Below, one piece after another: positions 14,490 through 27,712 of a stretch of DNA of 64,000 nt. A program made the translations under genes and the position numbers. Position 1 is the first letter of the stretch. Each line of letters opens with the position of its first letter. Below the pieces are notes generated by a model. It searched no databases. It worked only from the letters and a program-made list of their open reading frames with translations, and was not told the DNA's origin. Source of the DNA: Hydrolagus colliei (taxonomy: Eukaryota); the NCBI GenBank assembly GCA_035084275.1, contig CM068746.1:3782001-3846000 (forward strand), in the 5' to 3' direction.

Positions 14490-14547
14490 CAAAAATAAAG
14501 TTTGGCCTATGCCAAAATTTTTGGCATAGGCCAAAAATAAAGTTTGG
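14490..14547. repeat. Perfect 17-bp-arm palindrome overlapping a 16-bp direct repeat
   Basis: tttggcctatgccaaaa-t-ttttggcataggccaaa at 14501-14535; caaaaataaagtttgg at 14490 and 14532. Confidence 0.95.
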
Positions 14548-16453
14548 AGTTTATTAAAGAGTATCAATAAAATAAATATCAAACCAAGACAAGCTGTGGG
14601 TAATAAAGTCATTGTGTCGTGTTTGTAATTTTAAAAAAATTTCACATGTCCTGAAATTTCATTTTCAATCTTTTAGTAATGTGATCATGATATATTTTCC
14701 AGCAAGAAATGCTTGCTTTTTAGGAAATTATGTAAAACATTCAATTCAAGAGTTCTCCACTCATTATGCTCTGCTTCATGGTTACAAAAATACTGCATTA
14801 AATGAGACATTAATCTTTGCTATGACATTAATGATAGCTTCCTATGATATCCTCATGCAGTGTTGAAGTAAGTATCATCATTTCTTCATTCATCTATGTC
14901 AGTTAATTCTAATTCCTGAAGTGGATTACTGATTATTGTGCTATTTATACTGCACTTTTTGCATTGATGTGATGCAAAACACTCAGTTAAATCATTACAA
15001 AAATGCAGAGAACATTTAGTTTGCAGATCGTAGTCTCCAGGACATCAAATCAGAGCGTGTCGACTGAAGTCACAATGTACGGCTGGGAACCTGTGCACTC
15101 TGTTCTATGAGTCTTGTTCTCGAGTGTATTGCATGGTTGTGCGACCAGCTCTTGAATAACTCTTAATGTCTTTAATAACATTAAAATAAGTAAACACCGG
15201 TTCAAATTGATCATTCATTTCATGGACATTATCCAAGTTCACTCACAAAATGCACATTCATTCCACTTTACTGCATATCCTGTGAAACGCTTTAAGAGAA
15301 ATTCTAACGCTTTAAGAGGTCCTCCTGATGTGAAAGTGCTGTCTGTATCAATGCAAAGATTATTATTATACTCCTACTGGTATTGATTTTCCATCAGTTC
15401 CAGACACTCTGCTGATCATAAAGAGATCAGAAATACTTCCCATTCTCTGGACAAAACTGCACTTCTGTGAGATTAAACACATTTTGTTTCATAGTCAAAA
15501 TCTAGCAGCCTGACATTGACATAACAGTTTTTACCCTCTGATAGAAAACTCAGCTGTGGCACAATCTGCCATGCAGTGAATCGCCAAAACCTTGTGAAAT
15601 ATAACACTGTGAAACCTTGTGAAATATAACATCAGTCACTTCATAGTCAACATCTAGCAATCTGACATTGAAATAACTGAGCCAACACACAACTAAAACT
15701 GTTACAAAAGATGTAACGTGTAGAACTTTGGCAAGAAAACGGTGTAATAATTGTGTGTTCCAAGTACTTTTACAGAAGAAAAACTGAGATTCCCAGAAAT
15801 TCTCTTTAAACATTGCTTGCTGTTCGAGCCCGTTCAAGCAACAAAGGAAAAGGGTAAACTGGGCGTAAATTAGACTTCCCATTTTTTTTAAAAAAAAGGA
15901 TGACACTCACTTATTGCTGCAGTTTTACAGTATCTTACACTGCAATTTCTAAGACAAATCTTTGTTATCAATTCATATCATTAAGGTATGTCAGGTTAGC
16001 GATGATTTGTAGCATTTGGATTTACTTAACATTATACTTGAATTGGAAATCGCCGCCTTAAAGTATTCTCTCAATATCTCATCAACTCACAAAATCTACT
16101 TTTTTTTCCCCCATTTGAAAAGTGGAAACGAATTGAGAAACTAAGTTGAAGGTAGTCCCTAGTACTGGCGTCACTGAAGCATAGGAAAGAAACAAGAAAG
16201 GCAAGGAGAAGCTGTTGGATACCAGGCTTCCGTTTTGAAAGCCTGAAGATGATATGAGGAAAGGAGAACTGAAGGGCATAAAGTCTTTATATATAAATAC
16301 TATCATTATTACTATCTTTATGTCCAAAGGAAAGAATACATTAGAATGTAAAGCATCGAAATGTGAGGAAACAGCAAGGAAGAAATGCATAAAGGACAAT
16401 ATTATTTGAAGTTCGAGAGAAACAAGGGCAGGAAGTTCAGATAAACAAGAAAC

Positions 16454-17239
16454 TAGGGTCCGGCGATATATCGATATATCGCTAAAACCCGATAAAATTT
16501 TCATATCGATACGCCGATATAGGCATTTCAAAAATATTGATATATCGAAAAGTCAATATATCGAGGTTATAAAATCTGCATGCCGCACACTGAACTACAA
16601 GACCCAGAATGCTCATCTCTATATACAATGCACAGACCGAGGTGCAAAGCCGCCATATTGTATTCACAGTCCTCGAACACAATATACAGGTATGCAAGGG
16701 GTGGGGGGGGAGAGACGGCTGGGGGGTGGGGGGTGTGGAGGGGAGAGAGACGGCTGGTGGTGGGGGTGGGGGGGAGAGAGACGGCTGGTGGGGGGCGTGG
16801 GGGGGGAGAGAGATGGCTGGGGGAGGGTGTGGAGGGAGAGAGAGATGGCTGGTGGGGGGTGGGAGGTGAGAGAGACGGCTGGGGGGAGGTGGGGAGGAGA
16901 GAGAGACGACTGGGGGGGGTGGGGGGGGAGGGATAAAGATGGCGGTGGGGGGGGGGGTGGGGGGGGGGAGACAGGGTGGATGTGATAATATACAGATAGA
17001 TAGAGATGGGTGGGATGTGAGAGAGACACAGACAGAAAAACACAGAGATGGAGAGAGTGAGAGACACAGAGAGAGAAAGATATTTACCTCCTGAGGAGAT
17101 AGGCCCAGAATGTGCGCGAACCCGGAATGCGCGCGCCGCGCGCACATGCGCAGTACGAAAACCCCGAAAATATCGATATATCTCGATATGAGCCGATCGA
17201 TATATCTAAATCGGAAAATTTCCATATCGACGGACCCTA
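16454..17239. mobile_element. Non-autonomous hAT DNA transposon with internal minisatellite, copy 1 (786 bp)
   Basis: TIRs TAGGGTCCGGCGATAT and TAGGGTCCGTCGATAT; perfect 8-bp TSD CAAGAAAC at 16446-16453 and 17240-17247; subterminal CGATAT/ATATCG repeats. Confidence 0.93.
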
Positions 17240-17974
17240 CAAGAAACATAACAGTATCAATAGAGAAATGACCAATGTTGACAGAGAAAAAGGGAAAGGA
17301 GGCCAGAGGTGAGAGAAGAATTACTATATTACAATCTTTTACCAGAAAATGCCCTTTCTTGTATTATGTGCAAAAGTTCAAAAAATGTGCTAGATATTTT
17401 CAAGTTATATTCACCTCAGACAAGCCGGGTCTTTATAGAATTTAAAAGATGTCAAAGTAGAATCAAAATGGTATAACAATGCACTCTAATTGTGATACTA
17501 TGTTTATTTTGATAGTCTTCAAAATTAAATGCAATATCTCATTTACTGTCTAGTTATTATGCATCTGCAGAAATCTTGGACCAATAACTTGTTCCTCAGA
17601 ATGGTCTACTTTCCACGCAGATTATTACTGCGTCATCTCATAATACATCTTACATCTACAGAGAGCATTAACAAATGTTATGGATTACAAGGTTCACTGG
17701 CAGATTCTAGACAAGATAGTCATGCCAATCTCCAATTTATGGCTTTATCTTGGACCCCATCAATTTAAGCCTCTTCTGAGGGAATCTATCAAACAGTTTA
17801 TGCAAGTTAAAAATACAACAACAACTACATCAAGTTCAACCGTCAGCTAGGTTACAGGTAGAGCCAATCCTTATCAGCCGTATGTTGCACAAGGACTATG
17901 CGAAAGAGATTCAATTCTTATTTAAACTGATAGTAGAATAGTACAAAAGTAGAACGGCCCCCAACACGTTTAGA

Positions 17975-18197
17975 CTCCATTCCGCAGTCCCTCCGCCTCG
18001 CCCCCTCCCTGGCCTCCTTCAAGTCTCACCTCAAGACCCTTCTCTTCCACGGTCCCATCGGTCACCCCAAATCCCGCTCCCCTTTCTCTCGTCCATCCCC
18101 GTCCCCAGCTCGGGTCTGAAACACTGACCGTCCAACTCATTGGGACATCTTTCTTGCATGAAAGGCGCTATACAAGTGTCATTTTGTTGTTGTTGTT
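17975..18197 (+). mobile_element. L2 LINE 3' end
   Basis: cccagctcgggtctgaaacactgaccgtcca...gaaaggcgctatacaagtgtcattttgttgttgttgtt. Confidence 0.8.
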
Positions 18198-19367
18198 TCT
18201 ACAGTTCAAGAAGGCACCAAGCCACACTTATCCATAAGTCATCAGTCAAACGCTCTTGTAAACAATGAATAATTATCATATATAATAAATCATGTGTGCA
18301 TTTGATATAGCTTCTTAGTACGTTACTGTGAACTGTAATACAGTACATGCATATTGTGTCGGCAAATGCGGCAGCCAATTTATACCCCACAATGTGTCAC
18401 AAGCAGCTTTGAAGCACCTAGCCAATTTTAACTGGTGAATTGTTGGCCAGAATACTTGTGAAGCCATGAGAAATGCCCTTCTTTTGTGCACTAGTGCCAA
18501 GCAATATTTAACAAACGCACGAACAGGCAGATGGGGCCTTGGTTTAACTCGAAGGACAATGCTTTGGAAATGTCGTTGCTGTGAAATTGAACTTTAGGTT
18601 TATATTTAAAGGTAAGCCACCAGGAAGTAGGTTTCTTAAGAACGTGCTTTATAATAGACCCGGGAGATTTTGTGAAATAAAAAACAACTGAACTTTTACA
18701 TTGGCCAAATAATTCTCAGCGACTGCAAAGCAAAAAGCAGTTTGATCCTTTGACTTGAGACAAAAATGAGACAACTTGCCGCAATGTTGAACAAAATGGA
18801 AGCCATACTCCCTGGCTCCCATCATCATCCTGAAACTCTGGAACTCTCCGACTCAATCAACTCCACTTTGCCACCTCCTTGTCTGTCTCCAGATCACACC
18901 TTCAACCATGGTTCCCGTCACCTCCCTCCTCTCCCTGGCTCGGCTTCACACTCCACTGATGTTAAGCGTTATTCCGAGTGGACTGTGTTGTGTAATAATA
19001 ATCCTTGCATTTGATATAGTGCCTTAATATGTCTTCAAGGCATCTCAAGCGCTTCACTGAATATACGGTAAAGTGAATTGACTTGCACATTTTGTGCGCA
19101 AAATGCTTGCAAAATGTTCTTATTGCTTGTCAACTCGCCCTATTTGATGACAGCATGGCCTTGTGACTACAGGGGAGGCCAAGGAAATATAAGACTTGCA
19201 AGTCATCTAAAAATACATGGGTGTTTGCTCTATTAGAGCGAGTGGGAAACATTGTCCTATATTTATAATCTAGATAATTTAAGTACTAACGTGCCTTAAA
19301 CAAAATGCAAATTGTATTATTAAAATACTGTGGTACACTGAGTTCAGCATCAGGTTAAACTACTCAC

Positions 19368-19429
19368 CCTCCTTTGATAAAGTCAAGAAAAGTGCTCTCA
19401 GTTTCAACTGCAAACGAAAGCAACGTTAC
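19368..19429 (-). CDS. CPNE8: Copine exon 7 of 9, 62 nt
   Basis: tttttctag|GTA ACG...GGA GG|gtgagt, giving VTLLSFAVETESTFLDFIKG(G). Confidence 0.95.
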
Positions 19430-20909
19430 CTAGAAAAAATAAGAAATGGCAGCACAACGGTTCATTAGAACATTCTGGGTATAGTACTACAAGTATACCA
19501 GCTCATTTCTGTATTTTAGTTTTGATGAACCATGAACCATTTTTAAAACGTACATTTCCCCCATAACAGCATGATACAGAGAGCATTTGACATACTTTTT
19601 CTATCAAGAATGGAGCAATAACCAACGACAGCCAAATTAGCAAGAGTTACAATGAAAGCTAACTCATTTAACTCTATTGGTCAATGTTGTTTTCTTCTAT
19701 CCCTGAATTAAACACAGATACTGAAGAGACATGACTCAAGGCCTTTTTTTCCTACTTTAACAGACTAGTTAGTGTAAAGCTGACTGAGCTTTACATAGTT
19801 GGAAGAAAAGAGCAGCAGTTATTGCTGTACACATTCAGATTGAGGATTTAAGTATAACAATATTTACCATAAATTTAGTTTTATTGCAATTTAAAGATAG
19901 TATTTATCAAATGTAAGAGATCAGATAAATAGTACCACAGACAGATGAATGAATCATACACCATTGTCAAAATAGTGATGATGTTTTGTTACTTTTTAAA
20001 TAAAAAGAATTCACCAACAATGTTTTAGTGATCCTCATATGATAGGCTCCATACTGCAATCTAAGAATATTAAACATATGGCGGAGGTGATGAAGCCACC
20101 ACAGTTTTACAGTTAACATGGAAACAATTAAAATATCAAAATAGGCCTCTGACAGTTATATGCAGTATTTGTAGACAATTGAAAATTAAAACGTTGATTG
20201 AAACAGTGCAGGAACACACAGAAACAGGAATTCTATAAACCCGACAAAGATTTAAGTTGGATGCCATCCAAAAGCAAGATTGATTCAGATGCACACACAC
20301 CCGCCCTCGGCTGCCTGAACCAGAACCATTGTGTTTATAAAATATAACATCTTTGAAGTTGGTTCCATTGGTTGGATGCAAATAGATATTAAGTGAATTT
20401 TCAGTGGGTACACTTGATTAACAGATTACACGGAAAAGTGCATTACTACTTCTGCGAAACATTGCTGTATAAATGGGGCATACATACAGAGGATAAAATC
20501 ATGATAGACGACTAGTTTTTAGGTTGATCCTAAGTGAATCCTAATGCACGTAAAACAAATCACAATGCCAGAAAGTACTTAGTTTAAAAAAATGCTAAAT
20601 TAAATAGAAATGCAGCCAAGGGAGGGAATTTTCTTTAATTCCACGTAAATTGCACACAAGATAGAAATTTCCCACACACATGCAGTAACACATGAACTAC
20701 ATCCACACTTTACCTGCAGCATGAGTCAACAAATATTGTGAACTAAAATATGAAAATATAAAATCATAATTGTAAAGATGCAGAAATGAATAAGACAACT
20801 TTGAAAACAAAGCAACATAACTAGACAGATACACCGATTCACTAAACAGTTTGATCATTCCTCCAAATATATTTTTTAAAAAAGTTAAAACATCCAAGTA
20901 AATACTTAC

Positions 20910-20963
20910 TGTTCCAGAATTTATGTATTTTTTCTTTTTTTCTTTCTTTTTGGGATTTAGCAC
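20910..20963 (-). CDS. CPNE8: Copine exon 6 of 9, 54 nt
   Basis: ttttcag|GTG CTA...GGA ACA|gtaagt, giving VLNPKKKEKKKKYINSGT, the copine polybasic loop. Confidence 0.95.
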
Positions 20964-21944
20964 CTGAAAAATAAAATAAAATACTGCATGTCCTCGTTTC
21001 CGCAAAACTTTGAACAGGATTCAAAAGCACTATTATATCAAAATGCTAACAAAGCTGGCAACCTTTCCAATTGTTGGATTGAAAAGCAGCGACTGTGTTT
21101 TCAGCCACTTTGCCCTAAACCTCTGGACCTCGCTGCCTCAATCCCTCCACATTGCCACCTCTTTGCTATTCTTTAGCTCGTACCTGATGACTTTCCTCTT
21201 CGATCGTTCTTCAGGTTGCCTTCCCCTTTCTCCCCAGCTCAACATCAAACAATGCCACTGTTAAGCACTCAAACACCCTATCAAGACCATTAAATGCTCT
21301 CTGTAAATGCAAGCTGTTGTCGTGACATTCAGGGTGGATGGGAATTAACTGTTTTAAATGAAGTATTTAAAAACATTCTTGCAATACTGTTAATACATCC
21401 ATAAATAATATATTCAGTTACCAATGTCGTTATAATGCATTCATGCAAATGAAATGAATTCATGCATACATCCCCTCTGCTAGGTTTGGCAGAACATAGT
21501 AATGATTCCAAACACGTGTGAGTGATTAGTCTAGTATCATATGGGTGCCCGTCTAGACCATTGCACCAACTGGAGGTTGGTAGTGATATTTGATGTTTTG
21601 GATTGGGTTCAACAACCAGTTCCAATTTTCAGTTCATGGTAGAATGCCATAAAATCAATTAATCCTAACTCGCCCATCGGTTAAGCCTTTCAAATATACA
21701 GCGAGAACATCTCTGGACTAATGTATTCAACAACCGAGTCAAACTGAGAGGCAAGTGCAGTTTCCGGAGGGCATTGCGAATGTTTACCATTTACCATACA
21801 CAAGTTACGCATATTCCTGACTGACCTGGTTGGTTCCTCGCTACAAAAATAACTCGCAATCATTATTCCACCATCATATGATGTAGAGTGACGCTCTGGG
21901 ACACTACCCTGTGTGAAGGACGCTATACAAATGTAAGTTGTTAG

Positions 21945-22198
21945 ATTTGGCCTTCAGCCAATCTGCCACCACTCTCTCCAACTCCATCCCATGGACTCTC
22001 TGCATCTCAAGACCCTCCTCTTCCAGACCCACCTCAAGACCCTCCTGTTCGACCGCGCCTTTGGTCATCCTCCTTTCCCAGCACTTTCCTCCACCCTCCC
22101 CGATCCCCAGCTCGGATCCAAAACATTGTCTGTCCAATGCCTTGGGACATCCTCCTGACGTGAAAGGTGTTATTGTGTAATTTTGTTGTTGTTGTTGA
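21945..22198 (+). mobile_element. L2 LINE 3' end
   Basis: gccttgggacatcctcctgacgtgaaagg followed by a (TTG)n tail. Confidence 0.8.
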
Positions 22199-22694
22199 AA
22201 CACTTGGATATATTAAATGATAGTAATAGCCACACATACCCACAACCGATGTATCTCAGTTTTGACGTTTTCATAAATAATTTTAATTACAAACCTCATG
22301 GTGCATCAATTAGTCTCAGTCCCCCTCACACATGATAAGGTTTAAACCATGATATATTAAGTTACTCTGTCATGGCTCCCAAAAATGCTGATCATTATAC
22401 AGTACCAAAAAGATGTGTCCAATGTACACCTACAACATTTGCAGTAGTATATTCTCATTTAACTGGAACCAATTCACATAGATGCAGTTTCTGCAGAATT
22501 TCACTGCAATCATCGGAAAAAGCCATATTGCCACTTGACATGAAATGGTGTTCTCCTCTATGGGGTAGAAATTCCATAAGGCACTCGCATCAATTAAAAA
22601 TCTGTGACCTAATTTGGAGAGTTAATTAGGATGATGATCATTAAATAACATCTAAAATTCCTGTCAGAGTTTCTTTGGTATTTAATAATACATA

Positions 22695-23019
22695 TAATAA
22701 TCCTTGCATTTGATGTAGCGCTTTTCACATTTTCTAGACGTCTCAAAGCGCTTCACAAAATATACTGAAAAGTGAATTGACTGTATATTTGTGGGCAAAA
22801 CGTGGCAGCCAATTGCGCACAGCAGCGTCCCCACAAACAGCCCTGGACTGAAGTGACCAATTTTTTAATTACAGTATCGTGCTTTTTTTGGAGGGATTAT
22901 TATTAAACATGTGGAGTAAGGAAACTTGCCCAAGGTTTCTCCCTGATCTGCCTGGATTCGAACACAAGTCTCACGCTTGTAAGGCGAGTGCTCTAAACAC
23001 TGATATATACAGGAGCGCC
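22695..23019 (-). mobile_element. Full-length tRNA-derived SINE
   Basis: Reverse complement of the 59322-59640 copy from tail to tRNA-like head. Confidence 0.92.
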
Positions 23020-23992
23020 ATGTGGTAGTTGGGTCCAACCCGCGCAAAGCGACCAAAATATCTACCTTTTTCTCGTGCCATTATTTTGAGCAGGACGTAA
23101 ACAGATTCTATACACATCTCCCTACAACAGGGTAAACAACACTGACAATTTTGCTGGTGTTTGGGGAACCCCATAGATTTTGTGATGATTGACACCCATT
23201 CGAGAAACATCAACAGAGAGAACAAGAAAAAAAAACGATTCCGGGCAACAGTCATTTTCAAACTGAATGGATGGGTTTGGGGAAAGGGACCGTGTGGGGG
23301 GAAAACAGTCAGGACATTTTCTCTTGACTTTATCTTGCATGAGTGGCAGTTTGGGAGATCGCAATTGGGCGTTTCAGGAATATTGTAGAAATGATGGAAG
23401 TCACAATTGATCCTTCCCATCCTTTTTTTTAAGATATTACAATTGGCCTCTCAAAGAATGAAGGGGGGTGTGGGGGGGGGGGCAGTGGAGGGGTATAAAA
23501 CAGAATGATGGTAGATGATGCAAAACAGTGCTTTATTTACTCAACAACGTCGTATTTACAGTAAGCCTGCGAGCAGAGCATCTCCAACCTACGCACCGTT
23601 ATGTAAGACTGAGCAAGCGATGGGCACCTTTATAATGCCAGTGCTGAGATACTTTTTTTTATATATCTCACTGATGATACAGAACATTTATTGTTTGATT
23701 GTGCTAATGGATGAAGTCCAATGATTCCTAACAGACTGACTTGATCACTTTTCGATGGCCTTGCTCATAGTGGCTAAAACAGCATATCGTAAATTGTGAA
23801 TCACCTCAAGAGAGGTTTGGTGTTTCACCTATGACAAGTGCCCAAAACCCAGCAACAATAATAACTGGTGACAAGCCAGTGCGGATTTTAATCTGAAGAG
23901 AGTACACTGAAACATGAACGCATATTTTAATAAAACAAAAACGGCTGAAAACGCTCAGCAGCTCAGGCAGCATCTATAGAGGAAGGAAAAGT

Positions 23993-24030
23993 GAGTCAAC
24001 GTTTCGGGTCCACGACCCTTCGTCAGAACT
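23993..24030 (-). ncRNA. Minimal type I hammerhead ribozyme motif, sense to copine pre-mRNA
   Basis: AGUU-CUGACGA-A-GGGUC(GUG)GACCC-GAAAC-GUU-GACUC. Confidence 0.65.
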
Positions 24031-24035
24031 GAAAT

Positions 24036-24074
24036 GAGTTCTGACGAAGGTTTGTACGCCTGAAACGTTGACTC
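24036..24074 (+). ncRNA. Minimal type I hammerhead ribozyme motif
   Basis: GAGUU-CUGACGA-AGGU(UUGUAC)GCCU-GAAAC-GUU-GACUC: stem I GAGUU/GACUC, stem II, intact core, palindromic AACGUU in place of stem III. Confidence 0.7.
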
Positions 24075-25565
24075 GCTTGCCTTTCTCCCTGGATGCTGCC
24101 CGACCTGCTGAGTGTTCCCAGTGATTTACGTTTTTGTTTTCGACTTCCAGCATCTGCAATATTTTGCGTTTTGTACGTATTTTAATAAAACGGACTGTCT
24201 GGCTCTGATAACATGCACGCAATTGTTTATAAACATTTCAATGAGTATGTTTCAGACTATTTTATTACGTTCCAAAATGCAAGGATTATTATCATTATTA
24301 TTACAGTATTATTATTTTTTTCCCTTGACACATACAAAGAGGATTTCTGGGTGAAATTGGGATACTGCTTGAGCTGTTGGGATTTCCAACACTGCACAGC
24401 TTCCCATTGATAGAACTGTATGCCAAACGTTCCTGCTGCTTGCCCAACTAAGACCACCTATCCATTAGGACTTTGTCTTGCAGGGTTAACAGGAGCTGAC
24501 TGGGAGGATTCCCTTCCTCCAGTGACTGATGTGCCCTTCTGAGTCCTAATTATGTACTGGCTCGACTCCAGCATCGCTCCAATGCACACCACGGGGTTAC
24601 CAAGCCTTGAGTTCACCTAATACAGTACTTTCCGTAATTAGGAAATCAGGATACGTCCCTCCAAGGAGAGATTAGCGCATTCCATTCCTACAATTTCTCT
24701 CCAGAACAGAAATCCTCTTTGAATGTGTCAAGGGAAAAATATTTGGAAAACCACAAAATAATCTGCAACAAATTCACTGAAATATTCATAAACAATTATT
24801 CTATTTGCAAACACTGCACTTGCTATCAGACTTAGTCGGTCAATTTTTATTAAAACGTGTTCACGTTTCATCTGAAAGTATAAAAATGTGAATGGTAAAT
24901 GTGTATCCCCCTGCAGTGCTAATATTCTTTCATCAATTTTAATATATCAAGATATATTTTTACTGTTGAAATCATGCAGCACATGGATCCACAACTTCAT
25001 CTCATCGCCTCGTCCTGTCCCTGAAGCAAGGAAAAATTACAGGGCCAATGTTGTCAGTAGAGGCACTGACAAAGACCTCTGTAGATCACCTGCTAAACCC
25101 TCCCTCCTGTGCAACAGCATATTCTCATGACGCTCACAACCCTGCAATTGTATTTATGTTTGTGACTTTGTTTCTCGCTTCTATTTTCGGCCAGTCAAGT
25201 ATCAGGAATTTCTCTGGCTGACGCAGAAAAAAATTGTCTACGTTTGTTTTGTAGACAATGTAGTTGCTTTGTTGTAATATCAGCAAAATAAGCAAAACCT
25301 GTCTAGAAGTGTATACTGGAATCTCTCTGGAATTCCATCCCCGAGTCCATCCGATTCAGGCCATCTCCTCTCCTTTCATGGCACCTCTTTGAACATGTGT
25401 TCAGCCAATATTCCCTATCCCTCTCAGCTCCTTACTCCAGCTCGGTTGTCCATCCCGCACTATGAGCAACTTTCAGACATGTTCCCAACCATTATATAAT
25501 TGTATATTATATTGTTAAATCAATTATAATTTGTGAGTTTGTAAATGTGCGTTAATTAGCAATTG

Positions 25566-25897
25566 TGGAGCTCCTGTAGCTCAGTGGTTAGATAACTCGC
25601 CTTATAAGCATGAGACCTGTGTTCGAATCCAGGCAGGTCAGGGTAAAACCTTGGGCAAGTTTCCTTACTCCACACACATAATGCCTAATAATAATCCCTC
25701 CAAAAATACACACAATAATAAAGGTGGTCATTTCAACCCACAACTGTTTGTGGGACACTGCTGTGCGCAATTGGCTGCTGCGTTTCATCCACAAATATAC
25801 AGTCAATTCAATTTACAGTATATTCCATGAAGCATTTATGAGACGTCTAGAAGACATAAAAAGTGCATTATCAATGCAAGGATTATTTTATTATTAT
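25566..25897 (+). mobile_element. Full-length tRNA-derived SINE
   Basis: A box TAGCTCAGTGGTTAGA, B box GTTCGAATCC, body and (ATT)n-like tail. Confidence 0.92.
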
Positions 25898-27497
25898 ACA
25901 AAGAGAAAACATTGGATATTTCTAGTACACTATAACATCCATTAGCAAGTTAATAATTCAAAATTTGCAGTCAAGCATATCATGAATTGAAATCATCTAT
26001 GTTAGATACAATACTAGATAGTGTGCGTTCTCCATATATGCCACATTTGTGGCGTTCCTAAAGTATTTGTTAACTTATCTAAGCAAGTTGCTTCTTTCTC
26101 TAGGTCGGTGACTTGGAGTTATCTCATGTCCTTGCACCGTGAAAACAATGTTGCCCTACATGAATCTCCAGTATTTACCAAACGTCACATTTGTTCTGTT
26201 TGCCGTCAAGGACTAAATTCCACATTTTCTTTGCAGAAAAAATAACATTTTCAAGGAGCAATTGGGTGGGGAGTACAGTACAATACTACTGGGCTTGCAT
26301 TTACAATGTGGCAGCATGAGAGGAGCAAACCACTCCTGGACAGGGATCCACCAGATGACATTCCTATACCAACTTCAGAACAAGTTGTAGCAAAGTTGCT
26401 ATGTTCCTGTTCACATCCGCCGTTAAAAAACAGAGCTAAAGCATAGTTTGACCTCCCTCTCGCTCTCGCCCGTTTCTCAATAAGGGAGCGCCCAAAGATG
26501 TCGGAGAAACGTTAGCGCCACCATCAGTGGCAGACGCCGGAATATCAGACACCTATTGTAAAAACTAATGTAGAAGGATCAACAATTCATTCAACGATAT
26601 TTAAAAACTCAATAGCTAAGGTGGGAGTTGAAGCCCAAATCACTCAGTTCCCGCAACTTCAAATTGCTCTGATCTACTCCCAATCGTTGTAAATAGTTTT
26701 GCTCATAATAGCATTTTTGACCTAATTTTTTTTGTTCGTTGACAAAATCCATTCAAGACTAAACCGTGATTATTCCAAGGTGGCATTCTCATCGTTAATA
26801 TCCATCGAAAACCCCAGGATGAGTTTTACTTTCAAAGATGAGCTCATTTCTCAGCTCAAGATAAAATAAAAAATGCAGCTGGTTAGAAATTGGATAGACA
26901 GTACTTAATCCACCTGAAGGTGATAATACGTTTAAAACCATTCATCTGAAAAAAGCACAACAAAAGCAATTTTTATTCATTAAACTGGTTATTGATAGTG
27001 CTATTTTGTAATCATGCATATTATTAAACGATATCAAAACTATTTATCAGTCAAAGTAAAAATTTATATTTTTTTCTTGTTGTTATCTGCGTTTATTGGC
27101 TAAACCAGTGGAGTGAGTGTTCACTCACTGACTGAAAAATATACTTGGAATGAGTTGTGGTTCATTTATCATGGGAACAGCATGCTAACTGCGTAAGAGA
27201 CTTGAGTGTACACTGAGCTATGTAGCTGTGAAGTCAACTCGAGGGAACCCGGTTCCAAAAATAGAAAGAGGTGGAGAAACATTTGCGCATCACAAACTTA
27301 ATTTCTTATTTACGGAATTCACCATAAACTGATCCCCGTGGTTGCAAACGAGCTTATGTTATGATGTGAAATTGGTAAATGTCAATTTCAATTGTTGAGT
27401 ATGTCATATTTCACAGGGTATGCGTCTCTGAAGAGTAAAATTTCTAATATGGGTGTGAGTGTCTTACGATCCTCCAGTGCCTCTTCTTTCATCGATA

Positions 27498-27712
27498 CAG
27501 TAAAAGCCCGTTTATCCGTGTCTCGATCAACTGTAACTTCCGCATAACCGGCACCTTAAAAAAGGTCCCCATTCGATTAACCGGAATTTATCCGGCACAT
27601 TGTATTATCTTTAAAAAAGAAAAATTTGGGGTGTTTTCGGCCGAATGTCCGACATGTGCTTTAACCGGCATTGGGCAGGTCGCGAGGGTGCCGGATAAAG
27701 GGGCTTTTATTA
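27498..27712. mobile_element. Tc1/mariner-pogo (Tigger-like) MITE, 215 bp
   Basis: TA|CAGTAAAAGCCCGTTTATCCG...CGGATAAAGGGGCTTTTATTA|TA: 21-bp TIR with 3 mismatches and TA TSD. Confidence 0.8.

Larger units (their letters stand above)
23937..24177. mobile_element. Penelope-type inverted pLTR (palindromic solo element)
   Basis: About 85-bp imperfect inverted arms centred near 24033; flanked by the 14-bp direct repeat TATTTTAATAAAAC at 23923-23936 and 24178-24191. Confidence 0.85.
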
